Shown: one piece after another, positions 8,810 through 20,688 of the stretch
How the letters are laid out: every line of letters starts with the position of its first letter
Position numbering within the stretch: the first letter of the stretch is position 1
Assembly (NCBI GenBank): GCA_965198225.1
Contig: CBDAOY010000002.1
Location: 1-64,000, forward strand
Source: Terriglobia bacterium
GTDB taxonomy: Bacteria; Acidobacteriota; Terriglobia; 20CM-2-55-15
DNA: 64,000 nucleotides
Reading direction: 5' to 3'
The notes under the pieces: model-generated
What the model was told of the DNA's origin: nothing
Seen by the model: the letters and a program-made list of their open reading frames with translations, nothing else
The model's database searches: none
Translations under genes and position numbers: made by a program

Positions 8810-10615
8810 CTACCCGATGGGTGGGCGGTGGTGGTGCACGGCTAGCCTGTCCTCGAGCGCACGGGCGAGGGCCAGGATCTTGCCCTCTTCGAAGAGCCGG
8901 CCGTGAAAGGCCACGTTCTGTGTGATCGTGTGCATCTCGCCATCGGGATCGTCCGGAACGAGTCCCTGGCTCCGAGTGGGGCTCCTGTCCAGTCCTGCCC
9001 GCAGGGTGATGCCGGGGTGTCCGGTGTAGTTCATCGCCATGAGCAGCTCGAAAGAGCCGTAGGTCGGGGCGAACAGAGCATCCACCTGCTCGTAGATCTT
9101 GTGAAACTCGTGCATCAGGTGCCGCCGGAGACGTTCGGCCTGCAGGTAATCGACAGCGGAGAGCAACCGGGCCTGCCGCCAGACGTTGGGCCATCTATCT
9201 TGAGGCAGTAGCTCATCGCTTCCGTCGAGCGTCAGTCCCTCGTAGATTGTGGCCGCCTCGACGAACAGGTTTGTGATCAAGGCCCGGTAAGGAAACTCGG
9301 GAAGCTCCACTTCGACCAGTTGCACTCCAAGGTCACGGAGCGCATCGAGGGCCTCACGGTGGGCCGTGCTGACCGGCGTTGTCGCGCCGGGCAGAGAACC
9401 GACCTGGCGGAACCAGTCCTCGGAATAGCCGACTCGCATTGCGCCGAGATCCAGCCGCGAATCGTATTCGAATCCCATATCGATTGAGGTCGCCGACGTC
9501 GAGTCCGGACCGTTGATCGCGGCCAGCACCAGGGCGGCATCCTCCACTCTACGGGTTAGAGGGCCGATGCGATCGAGGCTCGGTGTCAGGGGCATGGCGC
9601 CGGCGGTGGGAACGCGTCCGAACGTCGCCCGGAGGCCGACCAGTCCGCACCGGTCGGCTGGGTTTAGGATCGAACCGAGACTGTCGGTTCCGATCGAAAA
9701 CGAGCACAGAGCGGCTGCGGTCGCCGATCCCGGCCCGGCGCTGGAACCCCCGGAATGCTCCGCGACGTTCCAGGGATTGCGGACAACTCCTCCGTACCAG
9801 CTGTAACCGTACGCCAGAGTGGCCGTGGCCAGCTTCCCGAGCAGGACCGCCCCCGCGTCGCGCAGCATCGTCACGATCGTGGCGTCCTGATCCGGAACGC
9901 GATCCCGGTACGGGATTGCGCCCCAGGTCGTGGCGACGCCCGCGGTGTCGAAGCAGTCCTTGATCCCATACGGGATGCCGTGCAGCTCGCCCCGGTATCG
10001 GCCGTCGGCCAGTTCTCGATCCGATTCGTCAGCCTGACTCAGAGCCAGATCCCTGGCGACAGTGATGTAGCAATAGAGCTCGGGCGCAATTCGCTCGATC
10101 CTGGACAGGTAGATCTCGGTCAGCCTCCGGCTCGTGATCTGTCCAATCCGTATCCAGTGCGCCTGAGATCGAACCGAGGCGTAGGCAACATCCGCCTCAC
10201 TGTCTGGCAGCGGGGTCGGCTCTTCGGCGGCCAGCTCGAGGTGGTTCTCCTGCGTCGCATAAGACACACCCGGCAGCCGCGGGTCGAAGGTGATTGCCGG
10301 CTGAAGATTCAGCTCGCGCGGAACGTCCCGGAGCTGTTTGACCTGATCCACCTGGTTGCCTATCGACTGGACGATCTGCTCGCGTTCGTCGGCGGTGTAG
10401 GTGAGGCCGTGTATCTTCTCGGCTTCCGCGATCGTCTGCTGTGTGATACCACCGGTCCCCTGTGGCACAGGAGGTCCCGACTCGGGTGAAACCAACCCCA
10501 CTTCGGCGAGCGGATCACCCGTGGCCAGTACGGCCGAACTCGCCAGGAAGGTCCGTCTGGACGTCGTTGACGCCGATTCCACCTTGGTGTCGCTATTGGT
10601 TTTCTCTTCGTCCAT
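8810..10615 (-). CDS. Amidase signature family protein, Tat-exported
   Basis: SRRTFL twin-arginine motif; YGIKD Lys, GGSSAG and GTDSLGSI (Ser-cisSer-Lys triad). Confidence 0.9.
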   Translation of the reverse strand: MDEEKTNSDTKVESASTTSRRTFLASSAVLATGDPLAEVGLVSPESGPPVPQGTGGITQQTIAEAEKIHGLTYTADEREQIVQSIGNQVDQVKQLRDVPRELNLQPAITFDPRLPGVSYATQENHLELAAEEPTPLPDSEADVAYASVRSQAHWIRIGQITSRRLTEIYLSRIERIAPELYCYITVARDLALSQADESDRELADGRYRGELHGIPYGIKDCFDTAGVATTWGAIPYRDRVPDQDATIVTMLRDAGAVLLGKLATATLAYGYSWYGGVVRNPWNVAEHSGGSSAGPGSATAAALCSFSIGTDSLGSILNPADRCGLVGLRATFGRVPTAGAMPLTPSLDRIGPLTRRVEDAALVLAAINGPDSTSATSIDMGFEYDSRLDLGAMRVGYSEDWFRQVGSLPGATTPVSTAHREALDALRDLGVQLVEVELPEFPYRALITNLFVEAATIYEGLTLDGSDELLPQDRWPNVWRQARLLSAVDYLQAERLRRHLMHEFHKIYEQVDALFAPTYGSFELLMAMNYTGHPGITLRAGLDRSPTRSQGLVPDDPDGEMHTITQNVAFHGRLFEEGKILALARALEDRLAVHHHRPPIG

Positions 10616-10631
10616 GGCTCAACCTCCATGT

Positions 10632-10796
10632 GTAGGTGGGCTCTGTGAGCGCACAACGTTTCGATTCGAAGAATGTGCGGTCATAGACCGCACCTACACC
10701 TCCCGTGACGCGAAAACCCAGAGTCGTAGTGTAGGTGCGCTCTATGAGCGCACAACGTTTCGGTTCGGAGAATGTGCGGTCATAGACCGCACCTAC
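10632..10796. repeat. Two REPINs (GTAG-family REP doublets), 10632-10697 and 10731-10796
   Basis: Inverted pairs of GTAGGTGCG(G/C)TCTATGA(C/G)CGCAC with a ~20-nt spacer. Confidence 0.9.
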
Positions 10797-10803
10797 ACCA
10801 GAA

Positions 10804-11130
10804 CTAGTTCATTCGGGCGTCGACGTACCGCCCACCGATGAAATGAGTGAAGTAGACCTCGACCAGGGGATGTTCGACAGGGTGTCCGGTGTCATCTGCT
10901 TCGAGGTGTCGATCGGCCACGTAGGTCTGATGACTGGCCCCGTGTGGCAATACGTGATACCAGGGTCGGTCCCTGGGCGGTCTGGAACGCGCAACCGTTT
11001 CGTACCATTCGTCGGTTCCCTGGAATTGTGGATCAGCGCCTATGACGACGCCGCGGTAGTCGAATAGTTTGTGTTGAACGACCTCGCCGATCGAAAAGCG
11101 GACCCGCGGCGTTGTCTCCGGTTCACTCAT
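10804..11130 (-). CDS. hspQ: Heat shock protein HspQ (YccV-like)
   Basis: FSIGEVVQHKLFDYRGVVIGADP...RPWYHVL...TYVA. Confidence 0.92.
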   Translation of the reverse strand: MSEPETTPRVRFSIGEVVQHKLFDYRGVVIGADPQFQGTDEWYETVARSRPPRDRPWYHVLPHGASHQTYVADRHLEADDTGHPVEHPLVEVYFTHFIGGRYVDARMN

Positions 11131-11406
11131 TGTTTGCCAGGTTGCATCGTTCGGTCAAACTTGGAATCTCGCTAAATACTAAGGGGGGTGGGAGTGGGCG
11201 TCAATCAAACTGTATACCTGGACGGATCCCCATTCCATGCAGCTATCCCGATCTCGATGCCGATCGCCCCATACACCTGAAACGCCATCCCCGCCGTTCT
11301 GTCTATCTGTTCGATCGGGCATCGGATACGGTCAGTCTACATCGCGCGAAGAAGCCGGGACAGAGGCACATTCGTCTGTGCACCGGCGGATCGCACGGCA
11401 CACTTC

Positions 11407-13890
11407 TCACTTCCGGCCGGCCGGGGGACCGGGAGGCCAGACCATATCGAAACGCCTGGACCTGGCCGGATGAGTTTGCTTGAACCGCCCTTGTTTATCT
11501 CGCGACCTGCGGCGCCGTGTCAGCGCAATCTGGAACACTTCACCCACTTCTTCTACCAGGTGGATTCGCACCTTCGATCGCACCTCGGAGGGCAGTTCCG
11601 CCACATCCCTTTCGTTGGCCTTAGGGAGGATGACGTCGCGGATTCCCGCACGATGCGCGGCGAGGACTTTCTCGAGAATGCCTCCCACCGGCAGGACTCG
11701 GCCCAGGAGCGAAATCTCGCCGGTCATCGCGACATCGGATGGAACGCCACGCCCGGCCAGCAGCGATGCGAGCGCCGTTGCAACGGCGATGCCCGCCGAC
11801 GGACCGTCCTTCGGGATGGCGCCTTCTGGAAAATGGACATGGAGGTCGCTCTCGCCGAGGATGTCGACTGGAATCTCCAATTCCGCGGCGCGCGACCGGA
11901 CATAGGACAGGGCGGCCTGGACCGATTCCTGCATCACTTCCCCGAGCAGGCCGGTCGTGGTGATGTTCCCCCTACCCGGCATCAACAACGCTTCAACCGG
12001 CAACAGGTCCCGCCGTAGCCCGTCCAGGCGAGCCCGTTGACGGCGCCCAGAAGGGGCGCACGGTCGGTCCCCGCCGTAGCCCGTCCAGGCGAGCCCGTTG
12101 ACGGCGCCCAGAAGGGGCGCACGGTCGGTCTGGTCTGAAACATAAGGTGGCGGTCCAAGGTATTCCTCGAGGTTCCGGCAACTGATCGAGACACGCTTTG
12201 TACCGCTCATCGTGATCTGCAAACCGGCCCGGCGGCAAACCGTCTCCAGGCGGGTCGCCAACTCGCCCACCCCCGCTTCCCGTGTGTAGTCGGAAATGAT
12301 CTCCGATATTGCGGCGGGAGTGATGCGGATGCCGCGGCCCTTGAGCCCATGCTTCTCGACGACGTGGGGCCAGACGTTTTCCTTCACGATCGCGAGCTTG
12401 ACCAGATCCGAGTAGCCGGACAGCGTGATGATGTCCACGCAATGCCAGAGTGGCTCGGGAATCTCGTCTTCGACGTTGGCCGTGATGACGAACAAAGCAC
12501 CGGACAGATCGAACGGGACCCCGAGATAGTAGTCGAGGAAGCGGCTGTTGCGGGCCGGATCCAGGGCGTCGAGCATCGCGGGCGCCAGGCCCTGCGCCAG
12601 CCTCTCGATGTCGTCGATGAGGACAACGGGGTTCGATACACCGCACTGTTGCACGCCGTCGAGCAGCCGGCCGGGCTGGGCGCCGACTTCCCGCCGGGGT
12701 TTCCCGCGGATCTGACTCTCTTCATAGATTGCGCCAGTCGGGATTCGCACCAGCGGTCGTCCCAGGATCTCCGCCAACGTTCGTGCGAGACTCGTCCGGC
12801 CGGTGCCCGGAGGGCCGACTATCGCCAGCAGGGGAAGCGTTCCGCCTCCCAGTTTCCGGGCGGCGAGGAACTCCAGCAGGCGTGTTCGAGCGCCACCGAT
12901 CCCGAAATGGCTCTTCTTCAGCAGACGGCGCGCGCGGACCAGGTCGATGTGTTCTTCGGCCGTTTTCTGCCAGGGGAGGGATAGGACCCAGTCGACGAAC
13001 GCCCTGATGGCAGCGCCTTCCAGCACGCGGACAGCGCTGTCGCGTAGCCGGTCGATCTCGCGATTCGCCGCTTCCGCAGCGGCCGACGGAAGGCTTCCTG
13101 ACTCAACCTTGCCGGCCAGTTCGGCGATTTCGTCTTCGACGGGAGACAACTCCGCCAGCTCCTGACGGATGACTTCGAGCTGCTCGGTCAGCAATTCCTG
13201 CCGGCGCGACCGGTCGATGGATGTTTCGGCTTTGACCTCAACCTCACGGGCGAGTTGGGCACGGTGGATCTCGTGACGGAGCAGTTCGCCGACCAGTTCG
13301 AGCCGTTCCCGGACATCGAGGGCCTCCAGCACCCGGCGCCTGTCGGCCTGGGACAACTGGACCATTTCGGCAACGAGGTCCCCCGCCCGGGACGGGTTGT
13401 CCAGGTTGAGGCGAATGATCCGGACGAGTTCGTCGGAGTAGCGTTCGTCGACACCGACAAGACTTTCCAACTGGCCGACGATCTCGTCGAGGAGCTCAGT
13501 CGGTGCCGGGGCTTCACGTCTCCGGCGAATGCGGTCATCGACGCGGACCCGAAAGTAGGGCTTCGAGCCCAGGACACGGGAGAACCGAACGCGTTCGAGC
13601 CCTTGAAGGACGAGTTGTACCTGCCCTCCCTCCAGCTTCATCCGGCTCACGACGCGGCAGGCCACACCGGTCCGTCCCAGGTTGGCCGCGTTGTACGCGC
13701 CTTCGGAATCCAGGAAGACACCCGCCGCGATGATAGCGTCCGGGCTGGAAAGCTTTCCGAGGAGCGACAGGTTCGGTTTCGTCGAGATCTGAACCGAAGC
13801 GACCTGCTCGGGAAACAACACGGTGCTCTTGAGGATCAGGACGGGTACGGTCGATGGGAGTTGCACTCGTGGTTCTGTTTTCTTCGGCAT
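11407..13890 (-). CDS. lon: Lon (LonA-type) protease with degenerate ATPase motifs and a 20-aa insertion
   Basis: Lon N-domain (VLFPEQV); GPPGTGRTS; YTREAGVGEL; HVHFPEGAIPKDGPSAG; MTGEISLLGRVLPVGGILEK. Likely start MPKKTEP at 13890. Confidence 0.88.
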   Translation of the reverse strand: MPKKTEPRVQLPSTVPVLILKSTVLFPEQVASVQISTKPNLSLLGKLSSPDAIIAAGVFLDSEGAYNAANLGRTGVACRVVSRMKLEGGQVQLVLQGLERVRFSRVLGSKPYFRVRVDDRIRRRREAPAPTELLDEIVGQLESLVGVDERYSDELVRIIRLNLDNPSRAGDLVAEMVQLSQADRRRVLEALDVRERLELVGELLRHEIHRAQLAREVEVKAETSIDRSRRQELLTEQLEVIRQELAELSPVEDEIAELAGKVESGSLPSAAAEAANREIDRLRDSAVRVLEGAAIRAFVDWVLSLPWQKTAEEHIDLVRARRLLKKSHFGIGGARTRLLEFLAARKLGGGTLPLLAIVGPPGTGRTSLARTLAEILGRPLVRIPTGAIYEESQIRGKPRREVGAQPGRLLDGVQQCGVSNPVVLIDDIERLAQGLAPAMLDALDPARNSRFLDYYLGVPFDLSGALFVITANVEDEIPEPLWHCVDIITLSGYSDLVKLAIVKENVWPHVVEKHGLKGRGIRITPAAISEIISDYTREAGVGELATRLETVCRRAGLQITMSGTKRVSISCRNLEEYLGPPPYVSDQTDRAPLLGAVNGLAWTGYGGDRPCAPSGRRQRARLDGLRRDLLPVEALLMPGRGNITTTGLLGEVMQESVQAALSYVRSRAAELEIPVDILGESDLHVHFPEGAIPKDGPSAGIAVATALASLLAGRGVPSDVAMTGEISLLGRVLPVGGILEKVLAAHRAGIRDVILPKANERDVAELPSEVRSKVRIHLVEEVGEVFQIALTRRRRSRDKQGRFKQTHPARSRRFDMVWPPGPPAGRK
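12006..12126. repeat. Tandem duplication (60 + 61 bp) inside lon
   Basis: GGTCCC(C)GCCGTAGCCCGTCCAGGCGAGCCCGTTGACGGCGCCCAGAAGGGGCGCACGGTC occurs twice; the copies differ by one C. Confidence 0.95.
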
Positions 13891-14007
13891 CTGAGGAAAT
13901 CCGCCGGGTTGCCGACATTGTAGCTGTCCCGGGTGTCTGCGCCAACTAGTGGCCTGTGCGGCCTTCCAGGAAAGCGGCGTGTTATAAAGGTGTGTCGGGA
14001 AGAGCTG

Positions 14008-15944
<1,937 letters not shown>

Positions 15945-15980
15945 GGAGCGTAGGCCGTTGACGACCCCACCCGGGTCGGT

Positions 15981-16175
15981 GTAGGTGCGGTCTATGACCG
16001 CACAACGCTCACCAGGAATGTGTCCATCCACAAAGGGGCGTGGGGGGACCGGACCAGCTGTCTTTCTCTGGAGCGTGGCCGGAATGCCCAGACGTAATCG
16101 AACTCTCTAGGTCCGAACTGAGGGGGACGGTGGGCCCGACGCTAAGGAATGGTCACGCTCATAGAGCGCACCTAC
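15981..16175. repeat. REPIN whose second REP appears interrupted by ~130 bp of foreign sequence
   Basis: REP at 15981-16003; GAATGTG|...|CGCTCATAGAGCGCACCTAC ending at 16175. Confidence 0.7.
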
Positions 16176-16241
16176 ACCTGATCCCGAAGTTTCGCTTGTC
16201 TCAGACGCCGAAACCGAAACCTCTGCGCCAATAGGGTGTCC

Positions 16242-17429
16242 ATGGAAACCATCAGCGTTCGCGAAGCCCGACGGCTGGCTCTGGCGCGCGCCGGGCTTCT
16301 GAAGCCGGAATGGACCGGGTTCCCGAAACGCGTCCGCGGGCGCGGCAAACGCACTCGTGAGGCCATCGACACCGTCATAAACCGGTTCGGCTACCTCCAA
16401 CTCGACACGGTCTCGATCGCCGGCGCGCGAAGCCACGCGATCGTCCTTCTCTCCCGCCTCGAAGGGCTCGACCCCGCACTCGGCGAGGAGCTACTCCATC
16501 CCGGTTGCTCCCTGTTCGAGTACTGGGGCCACGAAGCATGCTGGATGCCCCTAGAACTCTACCCCGCTTTCGATTTTCGTCGCCGCGACTACCGTCACCA
16601 TCCCTGGTGGGGCGATCTTCTCGGCCAACACCCCGACGTCGCACGTAAACTCCGCCGCCGTGTCCGCGAAGAAGGCCCGATACGCTCAGTCAACATGGAG
16701 GGAGCGGGCAGCCGCGGATGGTGGGATTTGAAGGTCGCCAAAAAGGTAGCCACCGCGCTGTGGTCGAGCGGCGAGTTCGCAATTCGGGAAAGGAAGAACT
16801 TCCAGCGCACCTACGATTTCGCCGATCGGGTCATCCCTGAAGACATCCGCAACCGCAAGCTCACCAAGGCGCAAAGCCTGGACGCGCTACTGTTGAAGGC
16901 GCTCGACGGCCACGGCTGGGCGACGACAGGAACGTTGTCGTCTACGTGGAGACTGGCCAATCGCAAGCCGGAGATCGCGTCGTCGCTCAAGAGGCTGGCC
17001 GACAAGCGTCACGTGGTGCCATGCAAGCTGGAAAATCCGGACGGACGTCCAACTGCGGGATGGATTCGACCAGACGACCTGAAACTTGCCGCCCGACTGG
17101 ACGGCGTGAGGCCGCGAAAAGATAGGGGCGTTCTCCTCTCACCGTTCGATCCACTCCTCTGGGACCGCGCGCGCGTGAAACGCCTCTTCGGATTCGACCA
17201 GATCCTGGAGATATTCAAACCGGGGCCAAAACGCATCTACGGCTACTACTGTATGCCGGTCCTCGCCGGTGAGCGCCTGGTGTCCCGGTATGACTTCAAA
17301 GCCGACCGGAAGAAGGGGACGCTCAACGCCCTGTCGTGCCACCTCGAAGATGGAGGAACGGCCGACAAAGAGGCGACCCGGACCGCCCTGTCCCGCTACT
17401 CGAATGCTCTCGGGCTGAAGCCCGAATAG
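16242..17429 (+). CDS. YcaQ/AlkZ-family (HTH_42) DNA crosslink glycosylase
   Basis: LQLD QxD motif; LFEYWGHEAC; LLSPFDPLLWDR; RIYGYYCMPVL. Confidence 0.88.
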   Translation: METISVREARRLALARAGLLKPEWTGFPKRVRGRGKRTREAIDTVINRFGYLQLDTVSIAGARSHAIVLLSRLEGLDPALGEELLHPGCSLFEYWGHEACWMPLELYPAFDFRRRDYRHHPWWGDLLGQHPDVARKLRRRVREEGPIRSVNMEGAGSRGWWDLKVAKKVATALWSSGEFAIRERKNFQRTYDFADRVIPEDIRNRKLTKAQSLDALLLKALDGHGWATTGTLSSTWRLANRKPEIASSLKRLADKRHVVPCKLENPDGRPTAGWIRPDDLKLAARLDGVRPRKDRGVLLSPFDPLLWDRARVKRLFGFDQILEIFKPGPKRIYGYYCMPVLAGERLVSRYDFKADRKKGTLNALSCHLEDGGTADKEATRTALSRYSNALGLKPE

Positions 17430-17602
17430 CGCGACCCTGAGGCAGACTCGCAGAGCCTACCAAACGGTCTCGTGTTCGACACTTTCGCGACTGAATCCTC
17501 CTGATTAAGTGCGACTTCTCTGCAGCTCGGCGCGTCGACAATGCCATTTGGCGATGGCGGTGGACTTGCATATCCCTTCGATGCGGAAACCAGTTGGAAA
17601 TA

Positions 17603-17633
17603 GCACGATGTTCGTGTAACACTATTCTCGTGC
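17603..17633 (+). promoter_or_regulatory. Putative autoregulatory operator of the vapBC pair
   Basis: Two CAC(G/T)-N6-CGTG half-palindromes immediately before the antitoxin ATG. Confidence 0.45.
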
Positions 17634-17634
17634 T

Positions 17635-17877
17635 ATGAAGAATGTGACGATCACGCTTGATGAGGAAGTGGCGCGCTGGGCCCGAATCTGGGCTGCCGAA
17701 CGAGATACCAGCGTCTCTCAGTTCGTAGGCCAGCTCCTGAAGGAACGAATGCTCCAGGAGAAAGGCTACCAGGACGCTATGAAACAGTACCTGTCCAGGA
17801 AACCAAGAGCCCTAAAGGCCAAGGGACGTCCCTATCCCTCCCGTGACGAGCTCCATGACCGAAAGAATCTTCGTTGA
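17635..17877 (+). CDS. Antitoxin, ribbon-helix-helix/CopG-like
   Basis: MKNVTITLDEEVARWARIWAAERDTSVS; ends in SRDELHDR; overlaps the PIN gene. Confidence 0.8.
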   Translation: MKNVTITLDEEVARWARIWAAERDTSVSQFVGQLLKERMLQEKGYQDAMKQYLSRKPRALKAKGRPYPSRDELHDRKNLR

Positions 17878-18301
17878 TACGAACGTCCTCGTCTACACCC
17901 GCGATTCTTCCGAAAAGCCAAAGCAGCGAAGAGCCGACGAATGGATGAAGCGGCTGTGGGCCACCGGTAGCGGAAGGCTGAGCGTTCAGGTGCTGCAAGA
18001 GTTCTACGTCACCGTAACTCAAAAGCTCAAGCCGGGAATGACTCAGGCGGCTGCACGTGAGGATGTCCGGAACCTGTCGAAGTGGCAACCCGTCGGATCT
18101 GACCCCAGTCTACTGGAGTTGGCCTGGAGCGTGCAGGATCAGCACAGAGTGAACTGGTGGGACTCGCTGATCCTGGCCGCCGCACTGCAGAGCAACTGCC
18201 AACACGTCTTGACTGAGGATTTGGCAGACGGCACCGAATTCGATGACGTGACGATCATCGATCCCTTTCGGCACGAACCCGCATCGATAATCACGGGCTG
18301 A
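17855..18301 (+). CDS. PIN-domain toxin (VapC family)
   Basis: FVDTNVLVY, VQVLQEF, WWDSLI, LTEDL, IIDPF. Confidence 0.9.
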   Translation: MTERIFVDTNVLVYTRDSSEKPKQRRADEWMKRLWATGSGRLSVQVLQEFYVTVTQKLKPGMTQAAAREDVRNLSKWQPVGSDPSLLELAWSVQDQHRVNWWDSLILAAALQSNCQHVLTEDLADGTEFDDVTIIDPFRHEPASIITG

Positions 18302-18341
18302 GTCTCTCCAGAATGGAGGCTCGGGATCTCATGGGACCGTC

Positions 18342-19607
18342 CTAAGCGCCGAAGCTCTTTTCCACAACCGCGGATCCAACCGAATCACCAAAGGCGTTGA
18401 CGGCCGTCCGGAAACGGTCCAGCAACCAGTCCACCGAGAGAATCAGGCCGATGTATTCGACAGGGAGTCCAACGGCGTTCAGGACGATGATCATCGTGAC
18501 GAGCCCGGCTTCCGGAATGCCGGCCGCACCGATCGCTGCGAGCGTGGCGGTAACCGCGACCACCAGCTGTTGCAGAAGACCCAGCTCAAAGCCAATGGCC
18601 TGGGCAATGAAAATGGCTGCCGCCGCCTCATAGAGCGCCGTTCCATCCATGTTGATCGTCGCGCCCAGCGGTAGGACGAAATCGGTCGATCGTTTAGACA
18701 CTCCGGCCTTCGTCACGGCACACTCCATCGTTACTGGAAGGGTCGCCGTCGAGCTCGCCGTCGAGAACGCGGTCAGCAGGGCCTGAGACATTTGATACAT
18801 GAAGCGGAAAGGGTTTCTCTTCGTGAACACCCAGAGTATGAGTGGCAGGGTGATAAAGGCGTGCACGGCCAGGCCCGCCAGGACGGTCGCAAAATAAGCC
18901 CCGGTCTGACGAAGAACTTCCATCAGGTTCCCTTCCGCCTGCGCCTCTCCGAACCGGGCGGTTACCAGACAGAAGATGCCTATCGGAGCCAGTTTCATCA
19001 GCAACAGGATGAACGAAAGCAGCGCATCGTTAACTTGGACGATCATCTGATTGATCGCCTCGACACGCCTACCCATTGTGGTCAGCATGCCGGCGAAGAT
19101 GATGGCAAAGACGATCAGGGGCAGCAGGTTGGTCTCTGCGGCCGACGAGATAAGGTTGTCCGTGAAGAGCATCAAGAGCAGATTCCGCAGGATCGTCCCA
19201 AGCGTCGCATCTTCCTGAGTGGCGGCAATCCCCTCGCCCTCGGTCGCCATCGCGTCAAGAGTCGCCTGATCGATGGCTCCGACACCGGGCCTGATCAAGT
19301 TGACCATGATCAGGCCGACGATGACGGCCATGACCGTGGTCGTCAGGTAGTAGGTCACGGCGAAACCACCTGGACGTCCCAGTTTGCGGATATCACCGAG
19401 GCCGATGATCCCGCTCATGACGCTCGCCATCACGAGCGGTACGACCATCATCGTCAGGAGCCGGAGAAAGATCTGGCCACCGACTTCGAAGCCCATTGCG
19501 AGGTGAGGACGAATGAGGGCTAGGATTACCGCCGCCACGATGGCGATGAAGATGTAGAGGGTTAGGTGACTCTTTGTCGGTTCGGTAGCTGCTGTTTCAT
19601 CCGTCAT
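18342..19607 (-). CDS. Dicarboxylate/amino acid:cation symporter (DAACS, GltP-like)
   Basis: AFSTASSTATLP, LGATINMDGTALYE, DRFRTAVN. Confidence 0.95.
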   Translation of the reverse strand: MTDETAATEPTKSHLTLYIFIAIVAAVILALIRPHLAMGFEVGGQIFLRLLTMMVVPLVMASVMSGIIGLGDIRKLGRPGGFAVTYYLTTTVMAVIVGLIMVNLIRPGVGAIDQATLDAMATEGEGIAATQEDATLGTILRNLLLMLFTDNLISSAAETNLLPLIVFAIIFAGMLTTMGRRVEAINQMIVQVNDALLSFILLLMKLAPIGIFCLVTARFGEAQAEGNLMEVLRQTGAYFATVLAGLAVHAFITLPLILWVFTKRNPFRFMYQMSQALLTAFSTASSTATLPVTMECAVTKAGVSKRSTDFVLPLGATINMDGTALYEAAAAIFIAQAIGFELGLLQQLVVAVTATLAAIGAAGIPEAGLVTMIIVLNAVGLPVEYIGLILSVDWLLDRFRTAVNAFGDSVGSAVVEKSFGA

Positions 19608-19667
19608 CAACGTTTCTCCAACCCTTCCCACAGAGATCGAACTGATTCCGACACTCCCGCGAACGCT

Positions 19668-20687
19668 CTAGAACAACCCCGACTGCGGCGACTGTTTGAA
19701 CTCGATCCCCAGGTGTTTGTAGGCGAGCTTTGTGGCCACCCGGCCGCGGGGGGTCCGCTGCAGGAAGCCGATCTGTAGCAGGAAGGGTTCGTAGATATCT
19801 TCGATCGCATCGACTTCTTCGCTCAGAACAGCCGCGATCGTGTTCACGCCGACGGGCCCGCCGTCGAACTTCTCGATGATCGCGCGCAGGAGACGGCGGT
19901 CGGTTTCATCGAAGCCATGCTCGTCGACGTCGAGCAGGCGGAGGGCGTCCCGAGCGATTTCCGGTGTGATATTGCCGTCGGCGCGCACTTCGGCGAAATC
20001 CCGCGTACGCTTCAGCAGCCGGTTTGCGATACGTGGCGTCCCGCGGGCACGGCGTGCGATTTCGCGCGCACCTTCCTCGGTGATCGGTGCGTTGAGGATG
20101 TCGGCCGATCGACGGATGATGATTTCGAGATCTTCCTGCGTGTAGAAGTCCAAGCGGTGAACGATCCCGAAGCGCGAGCGCAGCGGCGCCGTGATGAGAC
20201 CGATGCGTGTTGTCGCGCCGATAAGCGTGAATCGGTTGAGATCCAGCCGATGTGTCCGGGCGCTCGGTCCCTGGCCGATGATGATGTCGAGCTTGTAGTC
20301 CTCCATCGCGGGATAGAGAATTTCCTCGATACTGGGCTGAAGCCGGTGGATCTCGTCGATGAAGAAGATGTCGGAGCCCTCGAGGTTCGTCAGGATCGCC
20401 GTGAGATCGCCTTTGATCTGAATCAGCGGGCCGGCGGAGGGGCGAAAGTGGGCTCCCATCTCGTTGGCGATGACCGATGCGAGCGTGGTCTTGCCCAGGC
20501 CCGGAGGACCGTAGAGAAGGATGTGATCCAGCGGTTCACCTCGCTTGCGTGCCGCACCTATCGATACCTCGAGGTTTTCCTTGACCAGCGCCTGGCCGAT
20601 GTATTCGTTCAGCGTTTTGGGACGCAGCGACAGTTCGAACGGAATCTCTTCCTCGGTCGCGGCCCCGGTAACGATCCTCTCCGCCAT
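19668..20687 (-). CDS. ruvB: Holliday junction branch migration helicase RuvB
   Basis: [40 protein letters not shown]. Confidence 0.99.
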   Translation of the reverse strand: MAERIVTGAATEEEIPFELSLRPKTLNEYIGQALVKENLEVSIGAARKRGEPLDHILLYGPPGLGKTTLASVIANEMGAHFRPSAGPLIQIKGDLTAILTNLEGSDIFFIDEIHRLQPSIEEILYPAMEDYKLDIIIGQGPSARTHRLDLNRFTLIGATTRIGLITAPLRSRFGIVHRLDFYTQEDLEIIIRRSADILNAPITEEGAREIARRARGTPRIANRLLKRTRDFAEVRADGNITPEIARDALRLLDVDEHGFDETDRRLLRAIIEKFDGGPVGVNTIAAVLSEEVDAIEDIYEPFLLQIGFLQRTPRGRVATKLAYKHLGIEFKQSPQSGLF

Positions 20688-20688
20688 C

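Noticed and set aside
10632-10796. Repeats as a CRISPR array
   Set aside because: Units are inverted pairs with near-identical spacers, are dispersed across the window, and no cas genes are present; these are REPINs
11131-11483. Possible gene fragment between hspQ and lon
   Set aside because: No start signal or recognisable motif; overlaps the lon 3' end on the opposite strand
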